Positions 1 to 12,719 of a DNA stretch of 64,000 nt are shown piece by piece (position 1 is the stretch's first letter; every line of letters starts with the position of its first letter). The stretch is taken from NCBI GenBank assembly GCA_030390025.1, contig CM059432.1, positions 68,450,001 to 68,514,000 on the forward strand. Direction: 5' to 3'. Source of the stretch: Squalus acanthias. Its lineage: Eukaryota. The translations under genes were made by a program, and so were the position numbers. The notes beneath the pieces were generated by a model, which had not been told where the DNA came from, made no database searches, and saw nothing but the letters and a program-made list of their open reading frames with translations.

Positions 1-428
1 TGATTAACATTGGCTCCTAGTCTGGCAAAGCCTCGATTTTAAAATTCTCATCCTTGTTTTCAAATCCCTCCATGGCCTCATCCTTCCTTTTCTCTGTAAC
101 CTCCTCCAGCCCTGCAATCCTCCAAGATCTCTGCGCTCCTCCAATTCTGAACTTTAGAGCAACCCTGATTTTAATCGCTCCACTATTGATGGCTGTGCCT
201 TCAGCTGCCTGGGCCCTTGGCTTTGGAATTCCCTCCCTAAGCCTCTCCACCTCTGTACCTCTCTCTCCTCCTTTAAGATGCTCCTTAAAACCTACCTCTG
301 TGACCAAGCCTGTCCTAATATTTCCTTATGTGGCTTGTTGTCAAATTTTGTTTGATCATGCTCCTATGAAGCACGTTGGGACCTTTTACTATGTTAAAGA
401 CACTATATAAATGCAACTTGTTGTTGTT
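1..428 (+). mobile_element. L2-clade LINE 3' end
   Basis: Translates to an L2 C-terminal-like motif (HWL..LDFKILILVFKSLHGL) and ends in an AATGCAACTTG(TTG)n tail; homologous to the reverse complement of 40490-40950. Confidence 0.8.
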
Positions 429-599
429 AAAAATGAAGGGTAAACAACAACATGGACAGGTTGGGTCAAATGGCCTATTTCCGTGTTGAAACATGTATGT
501 ATTTCTATGTAACTCACAATCTCTAGGTTGCTAGTCCAGTAACATAACTACTAGGCTACTGTACCCTTGTGACAGCATCCATGCAGGCATCAAACCCAG

Positions 600-1190
600 G
601 ACCCACACAAACAGAAAAAGCTTCCATTCAATTAATGTGTAGGTGGTTTATAACCATAGAAACATCATAATGCAGGTCATTGCACATTATCCAAGAAATA
701 TCCATGATACCTTCATTATACAATAGTCAATGGTGTCTGCATTATTTGAAGACTCATATTGATTGGGTCAATGGAGTCTGGAAGACTAGCGCTATCCACT
801 GCAGCCTTGGTTCATGACCACAATGAGAAATCCCGGAGCAGCAACGGAATGTAAATACAATGAGACACATTCCACAATCAGGAATTACTGTAGAGCACAC
901 TGTTAGCATGGTCAAACTGTTTGGACAGCTCGGATGGGAGTGCTTCTCCATAGCTATGAAAAGGTGTCCAAAGCAATCATCGTCTGCTGCATGTTTCATA
1001 GTTTCATTATACAAAGAAGTATCACCATGTAGCAGGTCAAAGAGGAATCTCTTGAAGAATCAGTAGCAGAGCAGGAGGAAACTGAGAAAGAGGAGGAGGA
1101 AATAGAGAAAGCAGAGTTGCAGTATGGAAGATTAGTGAAAATTGGCTTCGGATCAGTTTCTAGATCTGACCACTGCACAATTAATACAAC
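600..1190 (+). pseudogene. Decayed PIF/Harbinger (HARBI1-like) DDE transposase, C-terminal half
   Basis: Fragments TNRKSFHSINV*VV, IMQVIAHYPRNIHDTFI, KYNETHSTIR..VEHTVSMVK and CCMFHSF, then a Glu-rich tail; stops and frameshifts present. Confidence 0.75.
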
Positions 1191-1225
1191 TTAATGAAAC
1201 ATCATGCACTGTACTCAGAAACAAC

Positions 1226-2672
1226 GGCCAGAATTTTCTGGGGTGGTAGCAGGCGCCATCGGCAGCGGGTCGGGTGGGAAAGTTGTTATTTTTGACAGCG
1301 GGTCAGGAACCCACTGTCATCTCGTTCTCACGCGCCTTTTCCCCAGGCATGTCTGTCATCGCGGATCCGACCCGATCGACAGTGGCGGGGGTCCCAATTG
1401 AGATGATTATCAGGTAGTTTACAAGCACTTAAGAGCCTTTTTTCACTTACATTTTAAATTTCCCTGCATGGCCACGGGATTCACGCAGCTCGGGACCCAC
1501 GTCTGTCAACCTGAGGCGGGAGTTCCGTGGCCATTGCTCCAGCTGATTACTTGACAGCATGAAATGTACAGTAAAAGCTCCCACCTAACAGTTGATCACT
1601 TTCCTCAGGCAGAAGCTGTTGCTCAGTCCATTTCCAGCACAGATTCTGCAGGCTGCAAGTGTTTCCAGCAAAGTCTCCATCCAGTGTCACCTCATTGGAA
1701 GAACTCTCTCACCATTGACAGAATGCTTCTGTCATCTGTACTTTTATCAACATGGGTGCCATTTATACTATCTCACCTTGGTCCTCAGAATCAGACCACG
1801 ATCAGCCCCAACACCAGCAGCACCAACAACAACACCAACCTTCTCCGCAATCACCAGATGCTGCACAGGACAAAGGGCATCAATACCTGAGCACACTGCT
1901 GCCCGGGTGGCCAGGGATGGCCTCATCACGGCTTGATTTACTTAACTTTAACAGAAACTTTACATAAACATTGATAAAACACCCAAGTGGCTATCCTTGT
2001 GATTGCACTAGGATGAGGGTGAGTGTGAGGGATGGCTAGTGAAATGGGGATGTGATAATGTAGATAGAAAGAGAGAGGGATGGGTGGAGGTGCAAGGTAT
2101 GTTGGTGTGAGTAAGGATGTGCAGGAGTAGAGTAGGGAAGGCAGAGTAATGGGGATGTGATGAGAGGCACAGCAGGATGCAGTCGAGTGTGAATTTGTAC
2201 TAACATTTCCTGATCTAATGTATCATTGAAACATTTGTGGCACTGCACCCATGTCCTCCTAATGACTTCCCTGCTTGTGACCTCCTCTGCAATCTGCAAC
2301 CAGGCTATCTTGGTCTCCTGGGAGCATATGGAGGGAGTCATGGGAGAACCTGGGTGCAGCCCTCTGCCTCTGTGCAGTGATTGTCAGTGTTTGCAGCACT
2401 CCAATGCTGTAGTGCACTGACAGCACTATGTTAGATGAAACTTCAAATCCAATGTGGCCATCGTCCCTTTAAAGATCCCAGCTGAAAACACGTCATGAAT
2501 GACGTCACCAGACCCGCTCCATCTCATTGGGCTGGGTAACGTGCTGGGTGGGCTTAATAGGCCCCATTAAGGCAAGTTCATTTTCAACAGTGGGATGGAG
2601 CCAGCAGTGGAGTCGGGACCCGACATGGCCACTGCCCGCACCGGACCTGCCAAGGTAAAGAAAATTCCGGCC
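1226..2672 (+). mobile_element. Non-autonomous Harbinger derivative, copy 1
   Basis: TIRs GGCCAGAATTTTCT / AGAAAATTCCGGCC; Myb/SANT remnant on the minus strand (WLQIAEEVTSREVIRRTWVQCHKCFND); homologous to three other copies in the window. Confidence 0.85.
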
Positions 2673-4559
2673 AAAATGTAATACATTTCTATTCACTATA
2701 GCTTAACTTCATCTTACTGTCTGTTGTAGCCTTAACATGACCAACAGAAACATCTGCACGAAGGAGAAATAAACTGCTCCAAATTTATTAGATGATATTT
2801 ACATAATGACATGTTTCTATTGCTTACCACAGTGGTTTCCTTGTGACCATCTGAGATATTCTTCTTCTAAATTCAACCCTACTACTCCAGCTAACTGTTC
2901 ACTGAGTAGGATGAGTAAGCATGATGTTAGGCTTGCATTGGTCAATACAGGCCTCAAGAAATGGAGGTTGCATTACACCTCTGGGTCATGTGATAATCCT
3001 GCTATGGCTGAAGCCAAACTGGGAAGACTATTGCTGCCAGCGCCTGCCCACTAAAAAGCTTTTCTTTAATCCTCTGTGGGGGAAGACTGAGTTGAAAAGA
3101 AGTGTGGTCATCATAAAAGGAAGTTGTCTCATCTGTCCTGCTAAGTCCATGTGCTGAGCACCTCTACAGGATAACTGGCCGTTTGAAAGCCATAGAATAC
3201 CTCTGAGGAGTGTGAGGTCTGATATCATGGCACTCTCAAGCTAATCCCCCAGCCTATGAAATCCAGCACTGACAGATTCTTGTAAATTGGAGCCAATGGT
3301 CTGGGGTCCCAGGCACAAAGTTTGTGAGAGGAACTGGGCTGGGTCCTTCTTTTCTCTGGGGCTCCTCTGAAGTTGTCAATGAAGTAACCACTTGCCACAT
3401 GATGCACTTGAGGTGTAAAAATCCTTCACCCATTGCTGCAGAGAAGCTGTATGTGAACTGTTACACATTTTCCAACAGCTCTTGCAGGGTGTTCATGTAA
3501 ATATTCTAATTGAATTCAGTGTCAATGACCACACCTGTAAATGGACCTCAAATCCCATACAAACCAGAGGGTGTCTTTATCTTCCCAATATCTAGGTAAA
3601 TTCAATGAGACCCAGGGGTCGTCCAGAGAACCCTTGTTACTATAATCCTGCTTATTGGAATATATTGTACGATTTCCTCATATTCTGTATATGGATAAAT
3701 GTACATTCTATCAGACCAAGGCTCAAGCTATAAGCTTACAGACAAAATGATTTAATAGTAAAACAGGTAAATGGACAGCAGTCAGTATATTTACAGTGGT
3801 TACAATCTTTATTATTCTCCTCGAAATGTCAAAACAGCCGATACCTCTCCTGCACTACCTCACAATATAAAATTCATCTTTGAAACACAGTTGCTCAGTT
3901 TTTACATGGTGAAATATCACTGTCTAGCTCAGTATCTCTGCTAGCTTCAGATCAACTGATGACTAGGATAAAATCAGCCACAGATATAGAATTCAAAATT
4001 CTTTGAAAATAAGCTGAAACAAAGGACCTTAAAACAGTTTTTTTCATCTACATTGGATGGACAGGTTATCAATTACATAGAATGTTTGAATTGATTGGAA
4101 TGGCTTGATTCATTGATCTGTGTTAAATACGTTCAATGACCTGTTAGACAGGTCCCTATCTAAGTACAATGATAGTAAACAAATTAAGGAGACCATGACC
4201 TTACTGAACTATATAGGTCTCTTATTGTAAAAATTAGCCTGACTGTGTGTACAACTCATCCAACCTAAATTCTGTAATTTCCACCTTCTTTTCCACCCTT
4301 GAGAATGTGTGCCACTATTTAAAAGATGCAGTTTGCGAGGACCTTTTCATCAAGGTGGAAGTACTTAATTAAAAGGACACTACTCAATTGAGATTGCTTG
4401 TGGAAACTTTTGACCATATCTTGGGATGTACTTCAGGTTTTGCAAAATCAAAATTTACTCTTGTGCTAAGGGAGCATTTTCCTACATTCTGCATTATCCT
4501 TGGAAAACATTCTATTTTAAGATAATCACTTAACTGCTGCCCAATGGTGATCCAACTTT

Positions 4560-6112
4560 CCATGGATCTATATGCTGGGGGAAGAAGAGCAGCAGGAAGC
4601 TGTAAATGAATCCAGATTAATCAGGCAGCATCAGAGAAGAGTCGGACCATCCCAGCGCTAACTATACAGCAGGCCGAATAAACCCAGCTGAACTTTCCAA
4701 GACCTTACCCATGGGCTCTGTCTCAGGAGGGAGTACTTCAATGCTATGTCAGCTGTGGCTCAGTGATAGCACACTCACCTCTGAGTCAGAAGGTTGTGGC
4801 TTCAAGGCCCACTTCAGTGACTTGCAGCAAAAAATCTAGGCTGATGCTCCAGTGCAGTACTGAGGGCATGTTGCACTGTCGGAGGTGCCATCTTCTGGAT
4901 GAGACATTAAACCGAGAACCCCATCTGCCATCTCAGGTGGATTAAAAAAATTCCATGGCACTATTTCAAAGAAGAGCAGCGAGTTCTCCTTGGTGTCCTA
5001 GCCAATATTTATCGCTCAACCAACATCACTAAAAAACAGATTATCTGGTAATTATCACATTACTATTTGTGGGGCCTTGCCGTGCACAAATTGGCTGCTG
5101 TGTTTCCTATATTACAACAGTGACTACACTTCAAATAGAACTTCAATTGGCTGTAAAAGTGCTTTGTGATGTCCTGAGGTCATGAAAGGTGCTTTATGAA
5201 TGCAAGTCTTTTTTTGTTCATTGCTGCCGCCAGATCTGTAACCAAGGTCTACCCCCGCATGTAAAGCTCTGACCGTGGCACAGAAAGTAATCACAGCTCA
5301 ACTTTTGTGCCACAAGGGACTTTTGCCAGATCTGGCAATTTGCTGGGCATTCCTTTATAAGGCAAACCAGCTCTTTGCCAGGGCAGCTCAATTAATATTA
5401 TTTGACACTACTCCCACACAGTTGACTGAGAAGGCCATCAAATTTTCAGATTTGCCAGATTCCTCAGGTTGTTGGGGCTATTGATTGTAGCATTGTGCCA
5501 TTGTGTGCCCCAATTGTAATTCCCCATATTTATATGAACCACAAAGACTTCCATTCCCTAACTGTGCAGCTCATTTGCTATGACAGATACAACTTCTTGC
5601 ACGTGAAGTCATGACATACTGGGGAGCTCTCATAATATTTTTATACTTTCTCAGTCCAGTGCCTCAGCTCTATTTCAACAGCGGGGGCAAGGGACAGGAT
5701 GGCTGCTGGGTGACAAGGGTTATCCACTATTACTATGACTCACAACACCTTTTCTTAGGACCACCAATACTGCAGAGAATCGCTACAATGAAGCACATAT
5801 GAAGACAAGGATAAGAACTGAGCAAGCTATTGGGATGCTGAAAGGAAGGTTCTGGTGTCTGTGTACATCTGGAAGTGCCTTTTAATATGCACCCAGCTCT
5901 GTCTCCAAATTGTGTTATCATGTTGTCCGCTTCACAACTTTGTAATCAGGAAAGAACTGATGACAGATGTTCCGAGAGGAATGCCAGAAAGCCTGATGAT
6001 GACACTGCTGATGCTGAAGATCTGGTTCATGCTGAAGCTGAAGAGCAGGTGCAATGGCAATGGCTGCTGGACAGCTGATAGACAGACTCATTTAGCACCC
6101 CTTCACCGATGA
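4560..6112 (+). pseudogene. Decayed Harbinger transposase interrupted by a SINE
   Basis: GAIDCSIVPLCAP..YMNHKDFHSLTVQLICYD, GWLLGDKGYP and RYNEAHMKTRIRTEQAIGMLKGRFWCL match HARBI1-type catalytic motifs; in-frame stops; 5' boundary uncertain. Confidence 0.85.
4748..5215 (+). mobile_element. tRNA-derived Deu-domain SINE (SacSINE1-like)
   Basis: A-box-like TGGCTCAGTGATAG, B-box-like GCTTCAAGGCCC, Deu-like core and an L2-like AATGCAAGTC tail; further copies at 24327 and 50223. Confidence 0.8.
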
Positions 6113-6299
6113 ATTGAGTACTATTATTTGGAAGTGTCAGCTCATCACAGATCTGCCTCCTCCCACCAAACTCTTAATGGTCTATATAAAATCATTATTT
6201 GGTTCTGTCACAATGTCACCCATTGTGACCACACAAACTATTCTCTTCCCTATTCTAACACTTCTGTGTGCCACCTGGTGGCTGAGATCTGAGATGTAG

Positions 6300-7300
6300 A
6301 TGTTGCTGCAAAATCTTATGAGCCTTTTAATCATTTTCTCAGGACCCCCACAAGTGCTGGGATGGGCACGAGGCAGGCTGAGTCATTGTCAAGGGCTCCT
6401 TCCCAGCCTGGTCCTGCGAAGATGAAGACTTCTGTGGTGAGCTAATAGAGTGCTTCTCTTTGCTATTGCTATAAGTGGAAGCAGCCTCTGAGGTACACAC
6501 ACCACCTTCTCCACTGGAACAGGATTCTGGTTACCAATGATTAGTGGGGGAATTAACCTCACAGAATCAGAAAGATCCTTAAATACCTGAAAGAGAGTCA
6601 ACTGAATATCCTTCAGTCCCTCAGACACTGCTCTGTATTCTTTGCAATCCAGTTGACATTGACCTCTCCAGACAGTTTCTCAAGACCTGCATCCTTCATT
6701 CAGTGCCTCCGCATTGAGTTGACTCACTTTCCTGGCTCTCTCATGGAGCAGGAGAAGGTTTGCAGATGTTCCTGCAGTTGCCACTTTCTCCAGGCTACCC
6801 TGCAATGAGTTGAAGCTCTCTCGGATGTTGGCGCACAGCAGGGCAGTGGACTCCACCCATTTGTTGCACATCCTGTGAGTGGACCACGGAAAACCTCCAA
6901 ATAGCCTGATGCTCTACTAGCATCCTTTTCTTCATGGCAGGTCCACTTAGATCATCATCCATTTTCTCTGCAGCCAAGGTCTGATTGCCTTATGTCTCTG
7001 GTCAACTATATCAGGCTCAACATCCATATTTACATCCTCTGGCTTCCTTGTGCTCTGTGTCTAACCACGTGTCAATTCCTCTTCTACACTCTTTGTACTC
7101 CCTCGAGTGGAGGTCTCTCAGTGCTGAGTGCAAGGGAGAGTGTGAACAGGTGGTCGCCATTTTTGCCAGAGGTAGAAGTGACTGCTATGGTCTTGCACTT
7201 CAGTAGTCTTTTCTGTTATATCCTGGCTAACAATCTCTGGAAGAAAAATAGTACTGCTAACTTTGGTCTGCTTGAGCACTATTCTAGCTGAATCAGCTAC
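6300..7300 (-). pseudogene. Probable decayed Harbinger Myb/SANT partner gene
   Basis: Convergent with the transposase remnant; DDDLSGPAMKKRMLVEHQ resembles the DEDFDEAAY*RRLM segment of the Myb gene at 46.2 kb. Confidence 0.4.
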
Positions 7301-8455
7301 TTTGTGGATTTCTTATGAGAAAAGTGGTAGCTGGTGAAGTGATTAAAGATACATAGAAATGTTAAGTAAGACAAGGTGTACATTCTCATGGACACATTGA
7401 AACACAGAGACTCCAACATCTCCATGCACAACTGACAGGCCAGAGTTAAGGTCAATTATTGTCATTGCTTCCTTTTCATGTGCTATTAGCAGGTGGTCAT
7501 CCTGTGACCTGACTTTCTCTCGCATTGTGTGTTGTCTTCTCCTACAGGGGAAATGCACAATGTTAACTGGCTGCTGCAGTCTCCAGATCCTGCAGTCACA
7601 GTCAATCAGGATTTGTGGAATGGATGATGCTAGTGCTGTTGGGGAGGATTTAAACTAATGTGGCAGGGGGTTGGGAACTTGAGCAGGGAGACAGAGGAAA
7701 GCATATCAGGAAGGGACAGAAGGTATGGAGTAAAAGGTAAAGTGTTAAATAAGGAAAAAGCAGGAAGTAAGTGTCACAAAACACATTTGAAAGTTCTTTA
7801 TCTGAATGCACGTAGCATTCATAACAAAATGGACGAGTTAACGGCACAAATAACTATGTCTGGGTATAATCTTGTGGCCATTACAGAAACATGGCTGCAG
7901 GGTGACAACGTCTGGGAATTAAATATGCCAGGGTATTTAACAATCAGGAAGGACAGGCAGGAAGGAAGGGGAGTGGGGTGGCTATGTTAATAAAGGAAGG
8001 AATCACTGTAATACAGAGAAATGATATTGGGTCAAAAGATCAGGATAATGAAACAGTTTGGGTTGAGATAAGGAATAATAAGGGGAAAAAAACACTGGTG
8101 GGTGTAGTATATAGGCCTCCTAATAGTTGCAACTCTGTTGGAAGAAGTATTAATCAGGAAATAGTTGGGGCATGTAATAAGGGAACAGCTATAATTATGG
8201 GGGATTTTAACTATCATATTAACTGGACAAATCAAATTGGGCAGGGCAGCCTTGAGGAAGAGTTTATTGAGTGTCTTAGGGATGGATTTCTTGAGCAGTA
8301 TGTAACTGATCCTACAAGGGGGCAAGCAACCTTGGACCTGGTCCTGTGTAATGAGTCAGGATTAATTAATAATGACCTAGTTAAGGATCCCCTTGGAATG
8401 AGTGACCATAACATGGTTGAATTCCATATCCAATTAGAGGGTGAGAAGGTTGGTT

Positions 8456-10131
8456 AAGAACATAAGAACATAAGAAATAGGAGCAGGAGTAGGCCAATCG
8501 GCCCCTCGAGCCTGCTCCGCCATTCAATAAGATCATGGCTGATCTGATCCTAACCGCCAATCTACTATCTACTATCACAGAACCATCTCCTGCATCTAAC
8601 AGAATTGCACACACGAAATAGGAGCAGAATCAGGCTACACGGTCCCTGGGCCCGCTCCACTACCCACAGGGCCATGACCGATCCGAACCTAGACTCATGT
8701 CCAAATTCCTGCCCGCTCCCCGTAACCCTTAATGCCCTTTACTTCTAGGAAACTGTCTATTTCTGTTTTAAATTTATTTAATGAAGTAGCTTCTACAGCT
8801 TTTTGTGGCAGCATATTCCATGGACCTACCACCCTCTGAGTGAAGTAGTTCCTCCTCATCTCAGTTTTGAAAGAGCAGCCCCTTATTCTTAGACTATGTC
8901 CCCTAGTTCTAGTCTCACCCGTCATCGGGAACATCCTCCCCGCATCCACCCGATCCAACCCCTTCACAATCTTATATGTTTCAATAAGATCGCCTCTCAT
9001 TCTTCTGAACTCCAATGAGTAGAGTCCCAATCTACCCAACCTCTCCTCATATGACCACCCCCTCATCCCCGGGATTAACCGAGTGAACCTTTTTTGCACT
9101 GCCTCGAGAGCAAGGATGTCTTTCCTTAAGTAAGGACACCAAAACTGTATGCAGTATTCCAGGTGCGGTCTCACCAATACCTTGTACAACTGAAGCAATA
9201 CCTCCCTATTTTTATATTCTATCCCCCTAGCAATGAAAGCCAACATTCCATTTGCCTTCTTAATCACTTGCTGCACCTGCATACTAACCTTTTGAGTTTC
9301 GTGCACCAGGACCCCCAGATCCCTTCGCACTTCAGTACTCTCCAGTTTCTTGCCATTAAGATAATAAATTGCTCTAGGATTTTTCCTGCCAAAGTGCATC
9401 ACCTCACACTTTCCAGTGTTGTATTCCATCTGCCAAATCTCTGCCCACCTACTTAGCCTGTCTATGTCCCCTTGCAGGTTTTTTATGTCCTCCTCACTCA
9501 CTACTTTCCCTCCCATCTTAGTATCATCTGCAAATTTTGATATGTTACACTTGGTCCCTTCCTCCAAATCGTTAATATAGATTGTAAAGAGTTGGGGACC
9601 CAGCACTGACCCCTGTGGAACACCACTAGTTACTGATTGCCAGTCTGAGAATGAACCATTTATCCCAACTCTTTGCTTTCTGTTAGATAGCCAATCCTCT
9701 ATCCATGCCAGAATATTACCCCCAATCCCGTGATTTTTTACCTTAAGCAATAATCTTTTGTGTGGCACCTTGTCAAATGCCTTTTGGAAGTCTAAATACA
9801 CTACGTCCACTGGTTCCCCTTTATCCACTCTATATGTTACTTCCTCAAAGAACTCCAGCAAATTTGTCAAAATGGAGCACACCAGAGTGATAGGGAGTGT
9901 GATAGCTTGATCTTGGTCTCGGACAATGCTCGGCACAACATCGAGGGCCGAAGGGCCTGTACTGTGCTGTACTGTTCTATGTTCTATGACTTCCCCTTCG
10001 TAAAACCATGCTGACTTTGTCCTATTAAATTATGATTATCCAAATGTCCTGTTACTGTTTCCTTAATAATGGACTCCAAAATTTTACCTACCACAGATGT
10101 TAGGCTAACCGGTCTATAGTTACCAGCCTTC
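8456..10131 (-). mobile_element. 5'-truncated CR1 of the same subfamily inserted antisense into the CR1 above
   Basis: RT ORF 8695-9936; TGGTT duplicated at 8451-8455 and 10132-10136; removing the insert restores host frame EKVG-SQTSILSLNKGDY. Confidence 0.95.
9872..9985 (+). mobile_element. Short 3'-end fragment of a different CR1 family nested in the inner CR1
   Basis: GGGCCGAAGGGCCTGT hairpin plus (GTTCTAT)n tail interrupting the GKS/LTNLLEF motif. Confidence 0.8.
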
Positions 10132-12719
10132 TGGTTCTCAAACAAGCATACTGAGCTTGAATAAAGGAGACTATGATGGTATGAGAGCAGAATTGATTAA
10201 AGTGGACTGGGAAAATAGATTAAAGGGTAAGACGGTACATGAGCAGTGGTGTTCATTCAAGGAGTTATTTTACAACTTTCAAAATAAATATATTCCACTG
10301 AGGAAAAAAGGGTGTAAAAGAAATGACAGCCATCCATGGCTAAGTAAAGAAATTAAAGAAAGTATCCAACTAAAAACAAGGACATATAAGGTAGCCAAAG
10401 TTAGTGGGAGGATAGAAGATTGGGAAGTCTTCAAAAGACAACAAAAAGTAACTAAAGGATTGATTAAGAAAGGGAAAATAGACTATGAAAATAAATTAGC
10501 AAAAAATATAAAAACAGATAGCAAGAGTTTCTATAGTTATATAAAAAGAAAAAGGGTGGTTAAGGCAAACGTAGGTCCCTTAGAGGATGAGACCGGGAAA
10601 TTAATGGTGGGAAACATGGAGATGGCAAAAATGCTGAACAAATATTTTGTTTCAGTCTTTACGGTAGAGGACACGAAGAATATCCCAACACTGGACAAAC
10701 AGGGGGCTCTAGTGGGGGAGGAGCTAAATACGATTAAAATCACTAAGGAATTGGTACTCAGTAAAATAATGGGACTCAAGGCGGATAAATCCCCTGACCT
10801 GATGGCTTACATCCTAGGGTCTTGAGGGAAGTGGCAGTAGGAATTGTGGATGCTTTGGTAATAATTTTCCAAAACTCCCTGAACTCAGCAAAGGTCCCGG
10901 CAGATTGGAAAACTGCTAATGTAACACCCTTATTTAAAAAGGGTTGTAGGCAGAAGGCTGGAAATTATAGACCAGTTAGCCTAACATCTGTGGTGGGTAA
11001 AATTTTGGAGTCTATTATTAAGGAGACAGTAACGGAACATTTAGATAAACATAATTTAATAGGACAAAGTCAGCATGGCTTTATGAAGGGGAAGTCATGT
11101 CTGACAAATTTGCTCGAGTTCTTTGAGGACATAACGTACAGGGTGGATAAAGGGGAACCAGTGGATGTAGTGTATTTAGACTTCCAGAAGGCATTCGACA
11201 AGGTGCCACATAAAAGATTATTACTCAAGATAAAAAATCACTGGATTGGGGGTAATATTCTGGCATGGGTGGAGGATTGGTTATCTAACAGGAAGCAGAG
11301 AGTTGGGATAAATGGTTCATTCTCGGACTGGCAACCAGTAGCCAGTGGTGTTCCGCAGGGCTCGGTGCTGGGTCCCCAACTCTTTACAATCTATATTAAC
11401 AATTTGGAGGAGGGGACCGAGTGTAACATATCAAAGTTTGCAGATGATACAAAGATGGGAGGGAAAGTAGAGAGTGAGGAGGACATAAAAAACCTACAAG
11501 GGGATATAGACAGGCTGGGTGAGTGGGCAGAGATTTGGCAGATGCAATACAATATTGGAAAATGTGAGGTTATGCATTTTGGCAGGAAAAATCAGAGAGC
11601 AAGTTATTATCTTAATGGCGAGCAACTGGAAAGTACTGCAGTACAAAGGGATCTGGGGGTCTTGGTGCAAGAAAATCAAAAAGTTAGTATGCAGGTGCAT
11701 CAGGTGATCAAGAAAGCCAATGGAATGTTGGCTTTTATTGCTAGGGGGATAGAATATAAAAACAGGGAGGTATTGCTGCAGTTGTATAGGGTATTGGTGA
11801 GACCGTACCTGGAGTACTGCATACAGTTTTAGTGTCCATACTTAAGAAAAGACATACTTGCTCTCGAGGCAGTACAAAGAAGGTTCACTCGGTTAATTCC
11901 GGGGATGAGGGGGTGGACATACGAGGAGAGGTTGAGTAGATTGGGACTCTACTCATTGGAGTTCAGAAGAATGAGAGGCGATCTTATTGAAACATATAAG
12001 ATTGTGAAGGGGCTTGATCGGGTGGACGCGGTGAGGATGTTCCCAATGATGGGTGAAACTAGAACTAAGGGACATAATCTTAGAATAAGGGGCTGCTCTT
12101 TCAAAACTGAGATGAGGAGAAACTTTTTCACTCAGAGGGTAGTGGGTCTATGGAATTTGCTATCCCAGGAAGCTGTGGAAGCTACTTCATTAAATAAATT
12201 TAAAACAGAAATAGACCGTTTCCTAGAAGTAAAGGGAATTAGGGGTTACGGGGAGCGGGCTGGAAATTGGACATGAGTTTGAGTTCGGATCGGTCAAGGC
12301 CCTGTGGGTGGCGGAGCGGGCCCAGGGGCCAAGTGGCCTGGTCCTGCTCCTACTTGTGTTCTTTAGAGTTGAGGTTGGATCAGATCAGCCATGATCTCAT
12401 TGAATGGCGGAGCAGGCTCGAGGGGCCGATTGGTCTACTCCTGCTCCTATTTCTTATGTTCTTATGTTCTTATGTTCTTATAAGTGTAAGGGAGCAAGGA
12501 CCTAGGTTGTGAGACTTTAATATGCTAGCATGAATTGCAGGATGTGACACACTTGACATGACTGCTACCAGGTGATTTTGCTTCCGAGATATGGAACATG
12601 GTGCCATGTGATACCCTATAGGGCAATGCATGACTATTAGTCTTATTGTGTTAACTGGCTGCTATAGTCTGCAGATCCTGCAGTCATAGTCAGTCAGGAT
12701 TTGACAAATGGATGACTGA

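Larger units (their letters stand above)
7628..12481 (+). mobile_element. CR1 LINE, 5'-truncated at the end of ORF1, with near-complete disrupted ORF2 (APE endonuclease + RT)
   Basis: ORF1 end ASAVGEDLN*; endonuclease motifs YLNARSI, ITETWL, VYRPP, MGDFN, SDHN; RT motifs NYRPVSLTS, GVPQGSVLGP, KFADD; (TTCTTATG)n tail; frameshifts near 7980 and 10795 and a stop at 11830-11832. Confidence 0.95.

Noticed and set aside
4748..4830. tRNA gene
   Set aside because: The A/B boxes belong to a SINE head; no complete cloverleaf.
4560..6112. Domesticated HARBI1 gene
   Set aside because: Multiple stops, frameshifts and a SINE insertion; several similar relics lie nearby.
8695..9936. 413-aa ORF as an active RT or host gene
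   Set aside because: It is a 5'-truncated CR1 RT whose N-terminus is read from the antisense strand of a nested CR1 tail; it has no endonuclease or ORF1.
7628..12481. Outer CR1 as an active element
   Set aside because: It is 5'-truncated and interrupted, with two frameshifts and a premature stop.
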